A stretch of 63,929 nt of DNA, filler included, from Sphacelaria rigidula (taxonomy: Eukaryota): the NCBI GenBank assembly GCA_964200075.2. It is 11 parts of 11 records of this genome, joined end to end, with 100 filler letters (N's around TTAATTAATTAA, not from the genome) between each part and the next. Parts side by side here need not be neighbours in the genome. Positions count along the whole stretch, not along the records: positions 11,643 to 17,363 come from CAXNAA020024975.1; positions 17,464 to 23,184 come from CAXNAA020024976.1; positions 23,285 to 29,005 come from CAXNAA020024977.1; 8 more parts are not named here. One strand, written 5' to 3'. The notes under the pieces are model-generated. The model searched no databases, was not told where the DNA came from, and saw nothing but the letters and a program-made list of their open reading frames with translations. A program made the translations under genes and the position numbers. This document shows positions 11,963-24,771 of this stretch, piece by piece. Each line of letters starts with the position of its first letter. Within the stretch, counting starts at the first letter, position 1.

Positions 11963-12040
11963 TGTTAAGATACCGATGGACTGCTGAGCTAAACAGCCAG
12001 GGCTGGCTGTTTAGCTCAGCAGTCAAACGGTATCTTAACA
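11963..12040. mobile_element. 78-bp hairpin mini-MITE with TGT...ACA ends
   Basis: 38-bp arms TGTTAAGATACCG...CGGTATCTTAACA with two mismatches. No TSD. It marks the 3' truncation point of the gypsy integrase. Confidence 0.7.
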
Positions 12041-15000
12041 GCCAACACAGCCTGGCGCTGAGCAAGCTTGCGTTTGGTTTCGCGATTCACCGCGACAGCA
12101 GCTTGCACTTCTTTACAAAACCGCACTCGCTCGTCAACCACGCCTCGAATCTTGTCACGCATCGAATCACCATCCATGACATCGACGTTCCACTCACCGC
12201 CAGTGACAGAAGTCAGCGCGGAAACCGCTGTACGCGGCGTACGCCCAAACGTCACACAATACGGAGTGTTACGGGAGCGTTCACGAAAATAAGTATTCAA
12301 CGCCCACTGAGCGGATGGCAAAACATCAACCCATTCAGATACCGATCGTCGCTGTTCCGACAAAATAGACCGCAAAGCACGAATAACATATTTCACCATG
12401 CGTTCACAAGCACCATTCGACCAAGGGGTATACGCCACAGCAAATCGGTGTTGCACCTTGAGCGCATCGCTCAGCTGCGCGATCACTCGATTCTTGAAGT
12501 GCGTGGCGGTATCACTAATCCAAACACGCGGCACCCCCACAGTCTCGCACCAATGGAGCAAGTGCGTAGCCGTAACCTCGGCGGTGCAAGCCTCGGTCGG
12601 CTTGTAATGCGTGAGAGGACCGCGTGCTTAGAGGACCGCGCGGGATTTCAAAACACCTCAGGATTGATGTTTTTCAAAACCAATCGGGTCAGTCCCTGGA
12701 GGTACCATGCCCCTGACCATAACCCTAATACTAACCCTGGCCCTAACCCTAACCATAGAGATGTTCAAATTCCGATGCGTTCCTCTAAGCACGCGGTCCT
12801 CTCACGCATTACAGGCTCCAAGCAAACGAAATTAGACAAATCATCCATGATAACCAAAACGTACCGAAAAGCTTCCTCCTCAGGCAGACCGTTATTAATT
12901 TCAGGTCCGCTACTTCCGACGTACAGAAAATCAAAGTGAACAAGTTCACCTGGCGCAGTACCAAGCACAGTATCGTCATCAGGGCGAGTACAATCTCACC
13001 AGCACGAGTGTCTACATAATGCAAACACTATCGAACGAACTCGCGAACGTGGAAATCCGTGTGAGGCCACACATAGTATTATTTCAAACGAAACAGAGTC
13101 GGCGCCACACCATGGTGACCAGCCAACCGCATTTGAGCGCACACCATTAAGCGAGTTTGTAGAGCCTTATCATCCGACGGAATCCACAAAACATCACTAC
13201 TGCCAACACGAACGCGCAACCAAGAAGCATCGTTAGCCATAGTAGCTTGACCGAAAGTCGTGGGAAAAGAATGAACACCGTCGCCGACTGTTTTGCGCTG
13301 CGCGGTACGATTGACATCTAACGACGGCAGCGAATCATCGGCATCACACGGGCTGTACACTGCAACAAAATGAACAGGCACGGTAGGAACCTTCACCAAG
13401 CGAGACAACAAATCTCCCTAAACTATGCGCTCTCCAGGAATGTGTTCACTGACATACCGATATTGTTGCTGGGCTCCCAGCAACTCTCGCATGTCTTCTT
13501 GGCTTGGCATCACCCCCGGAGACTGTTCCACTTGCGCGTTCACCGCCTGATAGTCGCTGACCAAACGAACTGTGTCCCTCTTCGGCATCGTCATCGCCGG
13601 ACTCGCCCACACAACCTGAATATTCCCAACCAACAAACCAAATGCCACCAAAACTGCGATGCATGAAGCAGGCCGCACGGTCTTCACCGGATCGCAGCGG
13701 CTAGGCTTGACCTTCACAGCCTCCTTCATTGGCTCCACGCGCGCTGGCGGATCACCACGCAGCGCACGACGAAATATATCTACGCGACGAGCCAAAATAT
13801 CCCTCAGACAGTGTGCACCATCGGCGCTCAGGCCCTTCTGCTCGGCCTGCCGAACAATATCCTCAAGTACACGCTCCCGTGCACCTCTCTCCTCTGCTGG
13901 GTCCATGAACATGTCGGGCCCCCGATCGGCCAAGCGCTCTACCGCTTCATCAGCAGGAGCCTTCTCCTCATTGGCGCTCCGGAATGGCCGTATGGATACG
14001 ATCACACGCCTTGCAGCAAGGTAACTGGGTTTTTTCACGCCGGCTTGCACCGGCACAGCACGCGGACGTAACTTCTCCAATGCCAGCGGATATAAGTCAA
14101 TCCTAAGCTCCTTCAGTTTTCGCCATCCCAAATAGAACCGCGTTGTCCCTACCAGGCATGACAGCGGAAGAAATGGACTGCAACTGCACAGCCCCCCATG
14201 GGCGTACGCACGCCAAGAGTAATTGGCACCGTTTTGTGTGTAACCGTGACGGAAGCACCCGTGGCGGTCTGTGCCGTTTGCGTTCCGTTTTCGAACGAAA
14301 TCTGAAGCTGAGCGCCGCCAAACTGCGAAGACATGGGCTCCAACAACCTAACACCGATCGACGTGAGCGCGGACCCAGAATCCAGAATAACGCGGGCCAT
14401 GAACCAACCTACAGAACCAGGCAAGGCTAAATCTGCGCGTAAGCATTCAGCCTTGCCATCGACAGGTACCACGCCTGCCAAAGAACTCTGTTCTGTCCCA
14501 AGAGTCCCCTGACGCCAGAGCTGCCCTCCAGCACTTGGTATCGATAGCTGCGAATCGTCGATCCAACCAGACCAAGTGCCCGGATATGCAGACGGCGCTG
14601 TTTCAGCCTTCGCAGCAGTAGGGAATGCACCAGACACGTATCCTGCCTGGCTGATGGGTTGCGAGCTATTCGCTCCAGGACTCCCCATCAGCCAGGCAGG
14701 ATACGTCCCCGCCTCGAGATCCTGATAAATCTTGCGCACTGCCCTGTGCGGTGCCTTGAGCGCGAGGCTTGGGGCAGTCCTTGATCATATGTTCGGTGTC
14801 GCCGCAGTTATAACACGCGCCAGTGGACAATTCTCGCGAAGACGGCTGTTGTTTCTGTTGTTGTTGCTGTTTGCGGCGTACACCATCTGCACTTGTTGCA
14901 GAGTCGCGCCGGCCATATGCTTCAATGAACTTCCACTGGTCGGCCGCCTCAAATAATGTTTTAAACACCGCCGTCGGGTTCTTTTTCCAGCCGTCAACAT

Positions 15001-16220
15001 ACGTTTGTAGACTTCTGATATACGCCTTGAATTCCGGGGGCGGAATCCCGTCCACCAAATCTATGGAGTGATGCTGCGATAGGGTCTGCACTTTTGGGGC
15101 CAAAACCGGCCTGACAGCCACGAGAGTAACGTTCCATCGAGAACATTGTGACCTCCGCCCGAACCTCAGACTGGAATTATCTCATGGGCCATGGATGCAT
15201 ATTCCACCCTGAGGCTCGAAGAACTGTGGTGAGAGACAAAAGTGATTCGACACGCCTAAATTCCGATTTCCTCTCAGGCCGCAAAAGCGCAGACCCTATC
15301 GCAGCATCACTCTATGGAAACCGACTCGGTCGGGCCAGGCAACCAACTCCTGTCCTCCTCACGGTATATGGCTTGCACCATCAGGTTCTCTGCAAAAAAA
15401 CGTTCCAAATCTGAACTAACCATAATAACACGATCCTTCACGGACTTTCCATCGCTTTGCTTTATTGTAAGCACCCTACGCAGGTCTGCTGTAGCCCGCG
15501 TAGCGTCATGATTTCCACCGGTTGTAGTATACCCGGCATGCTGCTTCACAGCATCAAGCAATTCATCGGGCGTCATAGCCCGACCGTCCTTGTACATGTC
15601 TTCGAAGCAGCGGTGAATGTAGGCAGGAATGAGTTGCCCTATGCTTACTCTCTCATGCCGAATAATTCCTTCGGAATTCACTAGGCTGCACCGCTGTATG
15701 TATTCAAGATATCTTGCGAAAAAACCCGAAATGCTTTCTCGGTCCATACTTCACCATACTTTGGCGGCTGTAGTGGCTCACCTAACACCGGCGGCGCTGC
15801 CGCCGCTTGAGCCATGTCGCTTATGCTTCAAACACTTCACGGAGAGACTCTTGCCTGACTTGTGCATTTTCCAGCTCACGGAGCGTTCTCCCAATGCTGT
15901 GCGCTTCAATCTGGTCTCCTCCTGTCTTCGGGCTAAACTGGCTCTTAGCTGCAGCCAATCTCTCCTCCGCCAAATCTTCTCTAACAGAGTTCCGGAAGAA
16001 TATTATCCAAGTATCGTAGCCTCTGCCAGACGATCTGGACAAGAGGACTATTCACGAGGGACTCCTTCAGTAGCACTGGCCTCGTGCTCGACAAGTCCTT
16101 TCTTCTCACTTATTATTATCACGGAGTGATCCTCAACAGACCACATCAAGAGCTAGACAGCAAGGGGCCACACAGATGAGAAGTCATCAATCCAGGATCC
16201 CCTGCCCCCTGCGACTGCTC
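12041..16220 (-). mobile_element. Degenerate Ty3/gypsy LTR retrotransposon (gag, protease, partial RT, RNase H end, integrase)
   Basis: Gag zinc knuckle CYNCGDTEHMIKDCP (~14800), protease ILDSG (~14385), RT start WASPAMTMPK...RLVSDYQAVN, an internal deletion to EHIPGE..DLLSR, zinc-finger remnant GHHGVAPTL, and integrase HFDFLY / ISDTATHF / WSNGACER. Multiple frameshifts. Confidence 0.93.
12603..12813. mobile_element. Ginger-like MITE (TGT...ACA, perfect 33-bp TIR, 4-bp TSD GGCT) inside the gypsy integrase
   Basis: TIR TGTAATGCGTGAGAGGACCGCGTGCTTAGAGGA, TSD at 12599-12602 / 12814-12817. Excision restores FVCLEP-TEACTAEVT. The interior carries CCCTAA-like repeats. Confidence 0.88.
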
Positions 16221-16289
16221 CAATCATGCATGCGATTATACTGAGACCTACGGCTTGATATAATTTGGCTACAGACCTTAGACGTCTTA

Positions 16290-16748
16290 GACCTTCTCCT
16301 TTGGTACATGTTTACATGTTTATTTTCAAAAAAACGAGAGGGAAGGAAAATTTAATGCGGGGATGAAAATCGCCTATCCCCTGGTTTTCGGAACACGTTT
16401 CGCCATCACATCGGTGTTTGACAACGCCTCACTCGACGGAAACTATTTTTTTTTCCTTTTTTGTTCTTCTTCAGCCCATTGAAATGCGTCTTGATAGTCA
16501 TCTCCCAAAGTTTGGTGTTCATCGGTTACGCTTAAGGTACTCTATGACGCACATTGAGTGATGCCCCCTTATCACTCATTTTCCATCAGAAATCGATAAT
16601 GACGACGAAAATGGAACACCTGGGACGTTTCAGACCTTCTCCTTTGGTACAAATGTTTTTGAGACTAGTGCAATCCGCTTTAAAAAATAATACTAATAAT
16701 TCGGGGATGAAAATGGCATATCCCCTGGTTTTCGAACAAATTCGGCAA
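16290..16748. repeat. Imperfect ~115-bp direct repeat (16290-16405 and 16632-16748)
   Basis: AGACCTTCTCCTTTGGTACA...CGGGGATGAAAAT(C/G)GC(C/A)TATCCCCTGGTTTTCG occurs twice. Confidence 0.75.
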
Positions 16749-16769
16749 TCAAGTCTGTGATTGGCAACG

Positions 16770-17363
16770 CGCGCTGCTTTAAATGCCAAGCCCGAAAAAC
16801 TTCACGACAGACAGTACGCTGGCCCGTGATCTCTATGGGACTCCCCGATGAGCCCGGCCACCTTGTGTCCTTTGACTACTTCGGCCCTCTACCTACCACA
16901 GGTCGCGGCAACACCTACATCTTACTCTTCACTGACCGCTTTAGCCGCCACGCGTCCATGTACGCGGTAACCGCCGCAGATTTCACTGCCGCCGGAACGG
17001 CCGACATACTGGTTCATGATTACATTAAGCATTACGGTTGCCCGAAGCGACTACTTTCAGACAATGGTCAGCAATTTTGTTCAGACCTCTCTGATGAGCT
17101 TTACAAGCTCCTAGGTATACGCAAAATTGCAACGAGCGCCTACCACCCGAACGGTAACGGCGGTACTGAAAGAGTTAATCACACCATGGCCCAGATGCTC
17201 TCTATGGTTGTCAACGACCGCCAAAATGACTGGGATCTACATCTCTCGCACATCATGTTGTCCTACAACAACTCGGTTAGCGCCGCCACAGGCCTTTCTC
17301 CGAACGAACTCCATCTTGGACGCTACCCTCGGCTGCCTATCACAGTGTTCGAGCGACACACGT
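16770..17363 (+). mobile_element. Ty3/gypsy-type integrase core of a second family, uninterrupted up to the contig end
   Basis: CFKCQ zinc-finger end plus an intact D-D-E triad: VSFDYFGPLP, LLSDNGQQF, YHPNGNGGTERVNH. Confidence 0.93.
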
Positions 17364-17548
17364 NNNNNNNNNNNNNNNNNNNNNNNNNNNNNNNNNNNNN
17401 NNNNNNNTTAATTAATTAANNNNNNNNNNNNNNNNNNNNNNNNNNNNNNNNNNNNNNNNNNNNCCCCCCCCCCCTCCCCGGTGAGAATGACGGAAGCGAA
17501 AAAAACTAAACCACACCACTGTCCCTATCAGGTCTTGTTCTCCCTCAC

Positions 17549-19222
17549 CCTGATGAAGTCGTACGTGAAGGGCGGGTAGAGCTATTTGCGCGCGCGCAGT
17601 AGTTCGACGTGTTGCCCCATCGTCACCCGTTTTGTGGAAAGGTAGGAAAGTCATGTAGGTAGCCGTTTGAAGAGCCGGGACGAGCGACGAAGAGAGACAA
17701 GAATAGGCGGTGGTACACAGTCAGGAACTTCTTACCCACTAATTTGGCGTGTCGGGGGGTACCACGACACGACTGCACGCGAATGTCAAGTAGATTCGCG
17801 GGTCAAGGTTGCTTGTGATGCAACAATGGCTCCTGGGGGCGAGGGGCCGTCGACACGCAGCCCAAATAAAAGCATTCATGAAAATATGTCTCGTGACGCG
17901 AACAAGCGCCCACATCACCACATCTCGTTGTTTGCATTAAACTACGCACATCGAGTAGCCCCACCGATACTTGGTGGTTCTCTATTGTTCGTCATCGCAC
18001 CAACATGGGGAGCAACAGCCGTCGTGTACTACGCGCGACGTTGGTTTGGTGACATCTACATTCCTTTTTCGTTCGGGCGATAGCGAGACTGTTTTCTTCG
18101 CCATTCTCCACCCACGTAGCAATCAACTCAAGGGCGCCTCAGGTCCAAAACCATCACGTTTTCTTACTTACAGTACAACACAATATGTCTCACCAGGTCG
18201 TTGTAGTCGTGATGCCTTCGGAGGGCGGTGATGAGGTCGTGGAAGTAGGCGCTTCCCCCTTTCAGCACACACACCAAGTGTATCGTCTCACCGCTATAAT
18301 CCTCCCGAATATCCTTTGCCAACTTCTGGATCCTGACAAAGCCCCCCCCCCCCCAAAACAAAACAGAACGTCGCGCCAATGAAAAATAAAAGCGAACATA
18401 CGAATACCAGGCACAAGGAGAGGCTCATCAGTATACACGCGGTACATTAAGGGGGAGGAAGTGATATGCTCTTCGAGAGGGATGAGATCAGACACGCGAA
18501 GTCAGTGTCGAACCCATTTACTTCTCTGAGGAAGATCCAGCACCAGTAGCAGACGGAAAACATGTCCAGCTGGGCAAATATAACAACCAAGTTTGTGCTT
18601 CACGGCGTTAAAACATTCCGCGTGAATTGCGAAAAGCCTCATCATCGATGATGCATACTGTGTACCTACGGGCAGAAGTTATAAGGCGAGCACGATGTAA
18701 ACAAGGAAACACTCTTGCGCTTACTCCGTCGAGTTCATTGATCCTGCTTGTACTGCGGCCCAATCGACGAACCCCACCACGAATCGATGACTCGATAATC
18801 TCGTAAAAATACACCAAGTGTCGCCGCAGCGAGCACCACCATTGGAGCACCACCATCACCAGCAGCAGCAGCGGCATACCTATCGAGAACAAGACCGCGT
18901 GGGATCAAAATCTCGCTCACGGAATCCTTGTAGTGGTGAGGAACCGCGAAGTGTTCGACAGGGAAGGATTGATCGTCTTCAATCACGAGAGGGTCCCTCC
19001 GAACCAAAGAGCTTTTGTCCGCAAGGCGGACATTTCGTGCGAGTCGCTCCTGAGTCGTGTGTGGGTGTTGGGGACATACGGCGACGTGCGCGGACAATGG
19101 TCATATTCAAATTTGGCAGGTATTTGAGTTTGGAGGAGGAGACATGAGGGGATTTTGTTCGTTCGCGTTTTGTTGTGGTACAACTACACCTGTGCGCAAA
19201 GAGTGCCGTATCTGTCCACCAT
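17549..19222 (-). CDS. HPRT: Hypoxanthine-guanine phosphoribosyltransferase, 5' part (3' exons lie off the contig)
   Basis: Phase-consistent exons: 19190-19222 (MVDRYGTLCAQ, tentative), 18880-19049 (...FAVPHHYKDSVSEILIPRGLVLDR), 18194-18332 (IQKLAKDIREDYSGETIHLVCVLKGGSAYFHDL) and 17549-17581 (LYPPFTYDFIR). All introns are GT-AG. Confidence 0.93.
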
Positions 19223-20229
19223 CTTTGTTTCACAAGCTAGATGTGTGTGTGTGTGTGCGTGTGTGTGTGCGCGCGCGCGCGCTTAACAGCCTGCGGCAAT
19301 TCACTTAATGCATCGGACAGCTACCATCTTCGGTGGGGCACTCTCAAACTCGGAACTCACTGCAGTGAAACGTGCTCGGGGGTTGAAGTCAGGCCGATGC
19401 CAGCAAAAAAGGCACTCACTAGCACATTTTGCTGTAAACTCAGACGGAATCGTCTTGGCTCTTGAAACGTGCGGTGCATCATGGAACGCTTCAACTACTG
19501 TATATTTGAGTCACTGTACGACCGTTTGGATGCACACAGTCATCCCACCACCCCTACAGCATAGACTGCGGGGTATACGTGAGTGACGGGGTTGTCAACG
19601 TACCGCGAAGAGGCTAAAGAAGGATAGTCGAGAGCCTGATGCGGGAGTTTGAGGCTGACACGCTTGCTCAAAGGCCGGTAGTTTTCGCTGTGCGTGTAAG
19701 CATGTTGCTTACTAAGAATGAAAATACGAGCTGAAACTCAACGGAGCATGACCCTACCACCGGCGAAGCAAATCCATAGCAGGTGTCTGTGCTAGCGGCT
19801 CGCCTCACTTTTCGTCATACGGCACTATACTATTAGCAAGCGTGCTTACCATCGCAAACCAATCGAAAACTTGACGGGGAGGTATTCTCAAGAATTGAAT
19901 AAAGTGCAGGCTACCGTAATACATGAAAATCAACGACGATAGTACCCAACGAGCGTGGAGCCGTCCATCGGCTTCACGTGCACTGGCGGTCACCCAAACT
20001 GTGTGAAGAGGGTGTAGAAAAACCCGCAGTAAAAACCCATGTCTGGCACGCTCGTGTTTTGCCCGATCCCCTTACCATAAACGTAAACCAAATCTCATCC
20101 GAAGACAGACCGAAAACCCTCGCACGATGGAGGAACGGGGGGTGCTCTCCGCAAAGTGTGGAACGCCGATTTGACAAAGTGCTTGCTGCGCATTCTGGCG
20201 AGGACGTAGGACAGTGAGCCCTCCTGAAG

Positions 20230-20850
20230 ATCTCATGCCAGTGTCAACACTCACACCGATGGGGTACCCTCTCGTGAAAAAGCTCATTGTAGAGAAATGG
20301 TTGAAAGCGATTCCGGCGGTATTTGTCATCGGACACGCACGGCGCCGCGACGTAGAATCGTGGTCGGGACAGTTTTCTGGGCAAATGCTCAAGTTGTTCG
20401 CCCCTCCGGGAGTGCATGACACGTGAAGATACGGTCGGACGTACCATGTGTGTAATTGACGTTTCGTCCAAAACCATGCATCACAACATATTCGATACTG
20501 GGCATCACAACCCCAGAAGCTTTGGTACACATACATATGCATATGCCAGTCTTTTGGCACTATGAAGTCAGAAGCAAAATATTCCGAGTGGAGTTGTGTG
20601 CTGTGGGGGAGCGGGAGAATTTTCAATCAGTCGATTGAAGTAAATTGACTTCACATGTGACTTGTCATTTTTTTGAAGTGACGAATGTTAAACAGGACCT
20701 GCAAGGGTCAGTGCTGGGAGTCCCTTTGCTGATGATGCCAGATGTCGAAGCGATTGTCAACGAGTGCACTGAGGGCTTGGTACGAAGATGCATCATGATA
20801 CATGCGGAGCAGCGGCCCGAATAGCCAGTCAGTTTCTTGTTTGAGGGTAG
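20230..20850 (+). mobile_element. Possible highly decayed LTR-retrotransposon RT-RNase H relic
   Basis: Only weak motifs: WLKAIPAVF (compare GLK.SPAVF) and LQGSVLGVPLLMMPD (compare L...PVL..PD). Confidence 0.3.
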
Positions 20851-20869
20851 GTAGTAGAGTCATGAGCTA

Positions 20870-22890
20870 GAGTCCATTACACTTGGAACAAGGGGAGCGG
20901 CTGCGCGCCCGGAGTACTGTGCAGAAATACTGCGAGAGTCCGCATCCAGGATCAGCGCTACTTGAGACGAATTCGAGGGAAGGTCGAGCGGCAACACGGC
21001 CGCAGTACAGTGCGTGGGTCATCACGAGAAGTCTGCTGTCGGTGTAGGCGCAGATGGCGGAGCGCACGGCAGTACTGTAAGGATTCGCATTATTTACTAC
21101 AGTATGGTGTTCATGGACCACTGCGGGCACTCTGCTGTCCCTACGGGCGCAAATAGTGGTGACATGGGGATCGGCAATCGAGGATGGTAGGACAGATGGA
21201 ACATGGGATATGACAACGCATCACTCGTGCATGTGGTAGCTCGCCGAGGAGCTCGAGAACCGCGGCGAGAATTCAACAAAATGCGGGAGCGACGAGGTGG
21301 AAGCGGCAAAGCTCGACGTGTTATGGTCGAACGTGGGCCAGCCAGTAATACAATATATGGTGCCAGACAAGGAATGTGGCGCGGCAAGCCAAGCAGTTGT
21401 GGTGCTTGTGGAACGTCCGATGGACGCATGAGCCTCGGCGACTGGCGGGAGTGCGCCGCGCGCGTCCGGGTAAGAGCGCCGGTTTCACCAGGTAACGGTT
21501 GGACCAAGGAGTTTGGGTGGCCGGCATGCGGTTCGACTCTGCATCGGGAAGAATTATGGGATCTGGCTTGGGAGGCGGTGGGGCAGGCAGACCAGAGCAT
21601 TGGAAATCGTGAGCCGCTTGTTCTTGGCTCCGTAAGGGGCGAAAAAAATCGGCGTGTGTGCATAGCACCTTGTTCTGAGTTGGGTGGAAAGCGTTGGGAG
21701 ATTCATTGCGCATTCCTTGAAGCAATGTTAGCATGAATATCTTGAGTTCACACCCTGGACAAAAGAATACACAGTAAAAAAATGTACTGCGTACAGTATC
21801 GACTATTGCGCCTATTGCAATAGGCAATACATTCCATACTGTACGCAGTACATTTTTTGTACAATAGAATCTATTGTCCAGGGTGTGCTCGAGTTAGTTG
21901 TTCGCTTCCGGCGCGAGATGAACAGTCCAGAGTTTTTGCTAAAATCAGAAAGCGTGATGGATGGGGAACGTCACTGCGTTTTTATTACACTTGTCACCCG
22001 CGTGCTTGGGGTAATGCACTAAACGGAGTTTTGCCTATCGCAGATATTTTTGGTGCAAAAAATATTGAAACGGGTCGGACATGGTCATGCGGAAGTAAGG
22101 ACTCCGCGGGGGGTGCGGAAGCCAGGCTCGTGAGCGACTTCTCAAACGACCCAACGCTTGATATCACAATGAGGAGACGGGAGTCGAGATGTTCTTAGGC
22201 CTTGGGTTATCATCTATATACATGTGTATACGTTTTGTTTTGCTTCACTCGAGCATTCGAGGTGACACAGGAAGCGCGGAACGATGAACTTCTGATTTTT
22301 ACTAGCGACGGAGATAATTAACATTAGTTGACGGAGAGCGGCCACCGAAATTGACGTTTGGGTTTCCGGCTGATCATGTAGAGGTGTGTTTCGTGCATCC
22401 GACGGTGACCAAATGGGACGGGGGCGATAATCACAGTCCCAAAAATGGTGAGAATCGTAGTCGTAATGGCGGGCGGGCTACGGTCGTTGGAGTGTTTTGA
22501 TGTTTTGGTACAATCACTACACTATATCGTTTTAAGGGTATTCCCGGAGACACACCCGTTGGTGACGAACATGCGGGGCGATGGGGTGCCCCCCTTGTGG
22601 AGCCAGGGTCAAGCAACAGGAGCGTTGGCAACAGTGGCGGGAGTAGACCCGAACGGATACGCACTGCATTCACGACGTGTTGGCAGTGCTACTCAACTTT
22701 CCGCAGAAGGAGGATCGCCCGAGATAGTGCGGAAAGAACGGCGGTAGAATTCGGATGCTTTAAAAATGTACGTGGGGAAAATCGTCAGAGCGAGAAGAGG
22801 GTGTTTATTAAGCGCCATGGAGAGGGCATCACACTTGGGGGGCAAAAACAACCGGGGGAGGGAACCCAGTGGAAGGGGCTGTGAAATGTT
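20870..22890 (+). mobile_element. Degenerate DIRS/Ngaro tyrosine-recombinase retrotransposon
   Basis: RNase H-like YDNASLVHVVARRGAREPR (~21210) and a YR C-terminus YALHSRRVGSATQLSAEGGSPEIVRKERR*NSDALKMYV (22657-22775), matching the HSLRIGGAT...GRW.S.A...Y catalytic pattern. Confidence 0.82.
21749..21887. mobile_element. 139-bp palindromic MITE (CACACCCTGGACAA TIR, ~8-bp TSD)
   Basis: 14-bp perfect TIR, flanks CTTGAGTT / CTCGAGTT, and an internally palindromic body. A diverged copy lies at 41920-42057. Confidence 0.82.
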
Positions 22891-23142
22891 GAACTAATGC
22901 ATATCACTCGAAGGAGGCTGAAATGGCTACGTGTGAAGCGAGTGTGCGCATCTAAGGTCTGTGGACATCAGAAGCAGAAAGGAAGTGTGGTGCGTGTCTG
23001 TGCTCACATCATTGGCAACCACTGTTGAGTGGCCGGCAGGAACCGAGGGTACCGCCAGTTCGCGTTCCCAATTTTTGTGAGCACTTACATTCGGCGGAGG
23101 TTGGCACGCATGGAAAATGCCCCCCCCCCCCCGCACCCCCCC

Positions 23143-23184
<42 letters not shown>

Positions 23185-23477
23185 NNNNNNNNNNNNNNNN
23201 NNNNNNNNNNNNNNNNNNNNNNNNNNNNTTAATTAATTAANNNNNNNNNNNNNNNNNNNNNNNNNNNNNNNNNNNNNNNNNNNNCGTAAAACGACGTAAA
23301 AGCTCCAAAAATACATTTTTCCGGGTTTTTATTTTTGTCTATTATAGGAAGCGGCCTAAATGAGCAGGTTTCGTCTTGTCTGCTGTCGTACAGAGATGTT
23401 GGACCAACGACCGTTTCCAGAACCACCGTATTCCTCCACCTGTGCAGATCTGGGCAAGACGCGTTTTCGATTAATTA

Positions 23478-24122
23478 AGGCCCATTACCATCGACCCTGT
23501 TTTCTCTGAGGTCTCAATTTTTCGGCCTTTTCGGCCTTTACGTTCAGACTTATCCGATAACGAGAGCGGCTGGATTTCTTCTCTGAAGAATATTTTCCGA
23601 GAAATCCGGAAACTTCTTTTTGTGCACCGTTCTCGTCTCACAAATTTCGGAGATCCCCGAAGAAGCAGTGTGGATATGGCCTATTGTTATCGAGACTGCC
23701 GTTTTTTCGGAGATGTCGAGAATTCATTTTTTTTTTTTCCGAAAGCGAAGGGAGTTGATTCTCTCTTCGAAGCTTCATCCTCAGACACGAGCTACAACGC
23801 AGCGCCTCGGAGAAATTTCCCGAGTATACATGTAGCGTTCGAATCATCAGGTACCTTGCCAGTGCCGAAAAATTCCGATATCTCGAAAGCATAATACCGA
23901 TACTACTGTTCAAGAGGCGTTCAGCTCCTCTGGAGGCTCGAAAAGTTTACCGGAACAGAGTATTTTCAGGGGTAGTCGAATGGCCGCGTGTCATCTTTGA
24001 AGAAGTCCGAACAATTTGACTGCGGTACAATGCTCGCAGGCGTTCGAGAACTATCAGGCACCTCGCCAATCACGGGAAAATGGGAGATATCTGGGAAAAA
24101 AGGGTCGATAGTAGTGGGTCTA
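23478..24122. repeat. Old inverted-repeat element
   Basis: GGCCCATTACCATCGACCCTGTTTT (~23480) versus AAAAGGGTCGATAGTAGTGGGTC (~24100), plus internal diverged repeats. Confidence 0.5.
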
Positions 24123-24771
24123 AACTGAAATGATACTTCTTGTGAATACCATTTCGAAAAACGATTTATTTCGAGAATAATCATCAGTCCTGGATGATCG
24201 ATACTTTTACAAGGGAAATTGATGCCGATTCAACAGGTGACCTGCTCATGCCGTTCAAGGGATATTCATCTCCGGTAAGAACCTGCCCCACAGACAGTAC
24301 ATTCCCAAGCGTCCATCCAACGTTCGCACCACGCATCTTCGTCGGTCAACGTTTACTCTGCCGAGACTAGATGTCACGGAGCTTCATGACCCTTGCAATC
24401 CGACTACACCTTGACCGGCTGGGTAACAATTTTCGAAACAGCGGTCTCTTTGAAATTCAGATAAATGATCGAGTACTCGATGATCAGAAAGTACCCAATA
24501 TCACCACTACCAAACAAACGCCATGGTTCCCGTGTGTAGCCACTACACTGTCTGTTGCACCCCGAACGAGGCGTGCCACGCTCTGATGAAACAAGGGCGC
24601 CACGCTTTGACGAAACAGGATTTCGTATACTCTGCTGAATGATGAATATCCTCTAATCGAACACCATCCCGCAAAAAATACGCCCGCCGCTCAGATTATA
24701 TACGATACAGTGTGCGACATATTAATAGAATCGTATCCAAAAATTGTCCCGCTGTCTGTGTGTTGTCGTAC

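Noticed and set aside
12705..12760. Telomere
   Set aside because: It is a short degenerate CCCTAA tract internal to a TIR element.
11962..12939. 325-aa plus-strand ORF
   Set aside because: It is antisense to the gypsy integrase and reads through two MITEs.
16205..16225. Primer-binding site TGGAGCAGTCGC of the minus-strand gypsy element
   Set aside because: The position is plausible, but there is no clean LTR CA end and I cannot assign a tRNA.
24575..24625. Hammerhead ribozyme (CTGATGA...GAAAC)
   Set aside because: It is explained by a ~23-bp tandem duplication. The stem II closing pair is A-C and no stems I or III were found.
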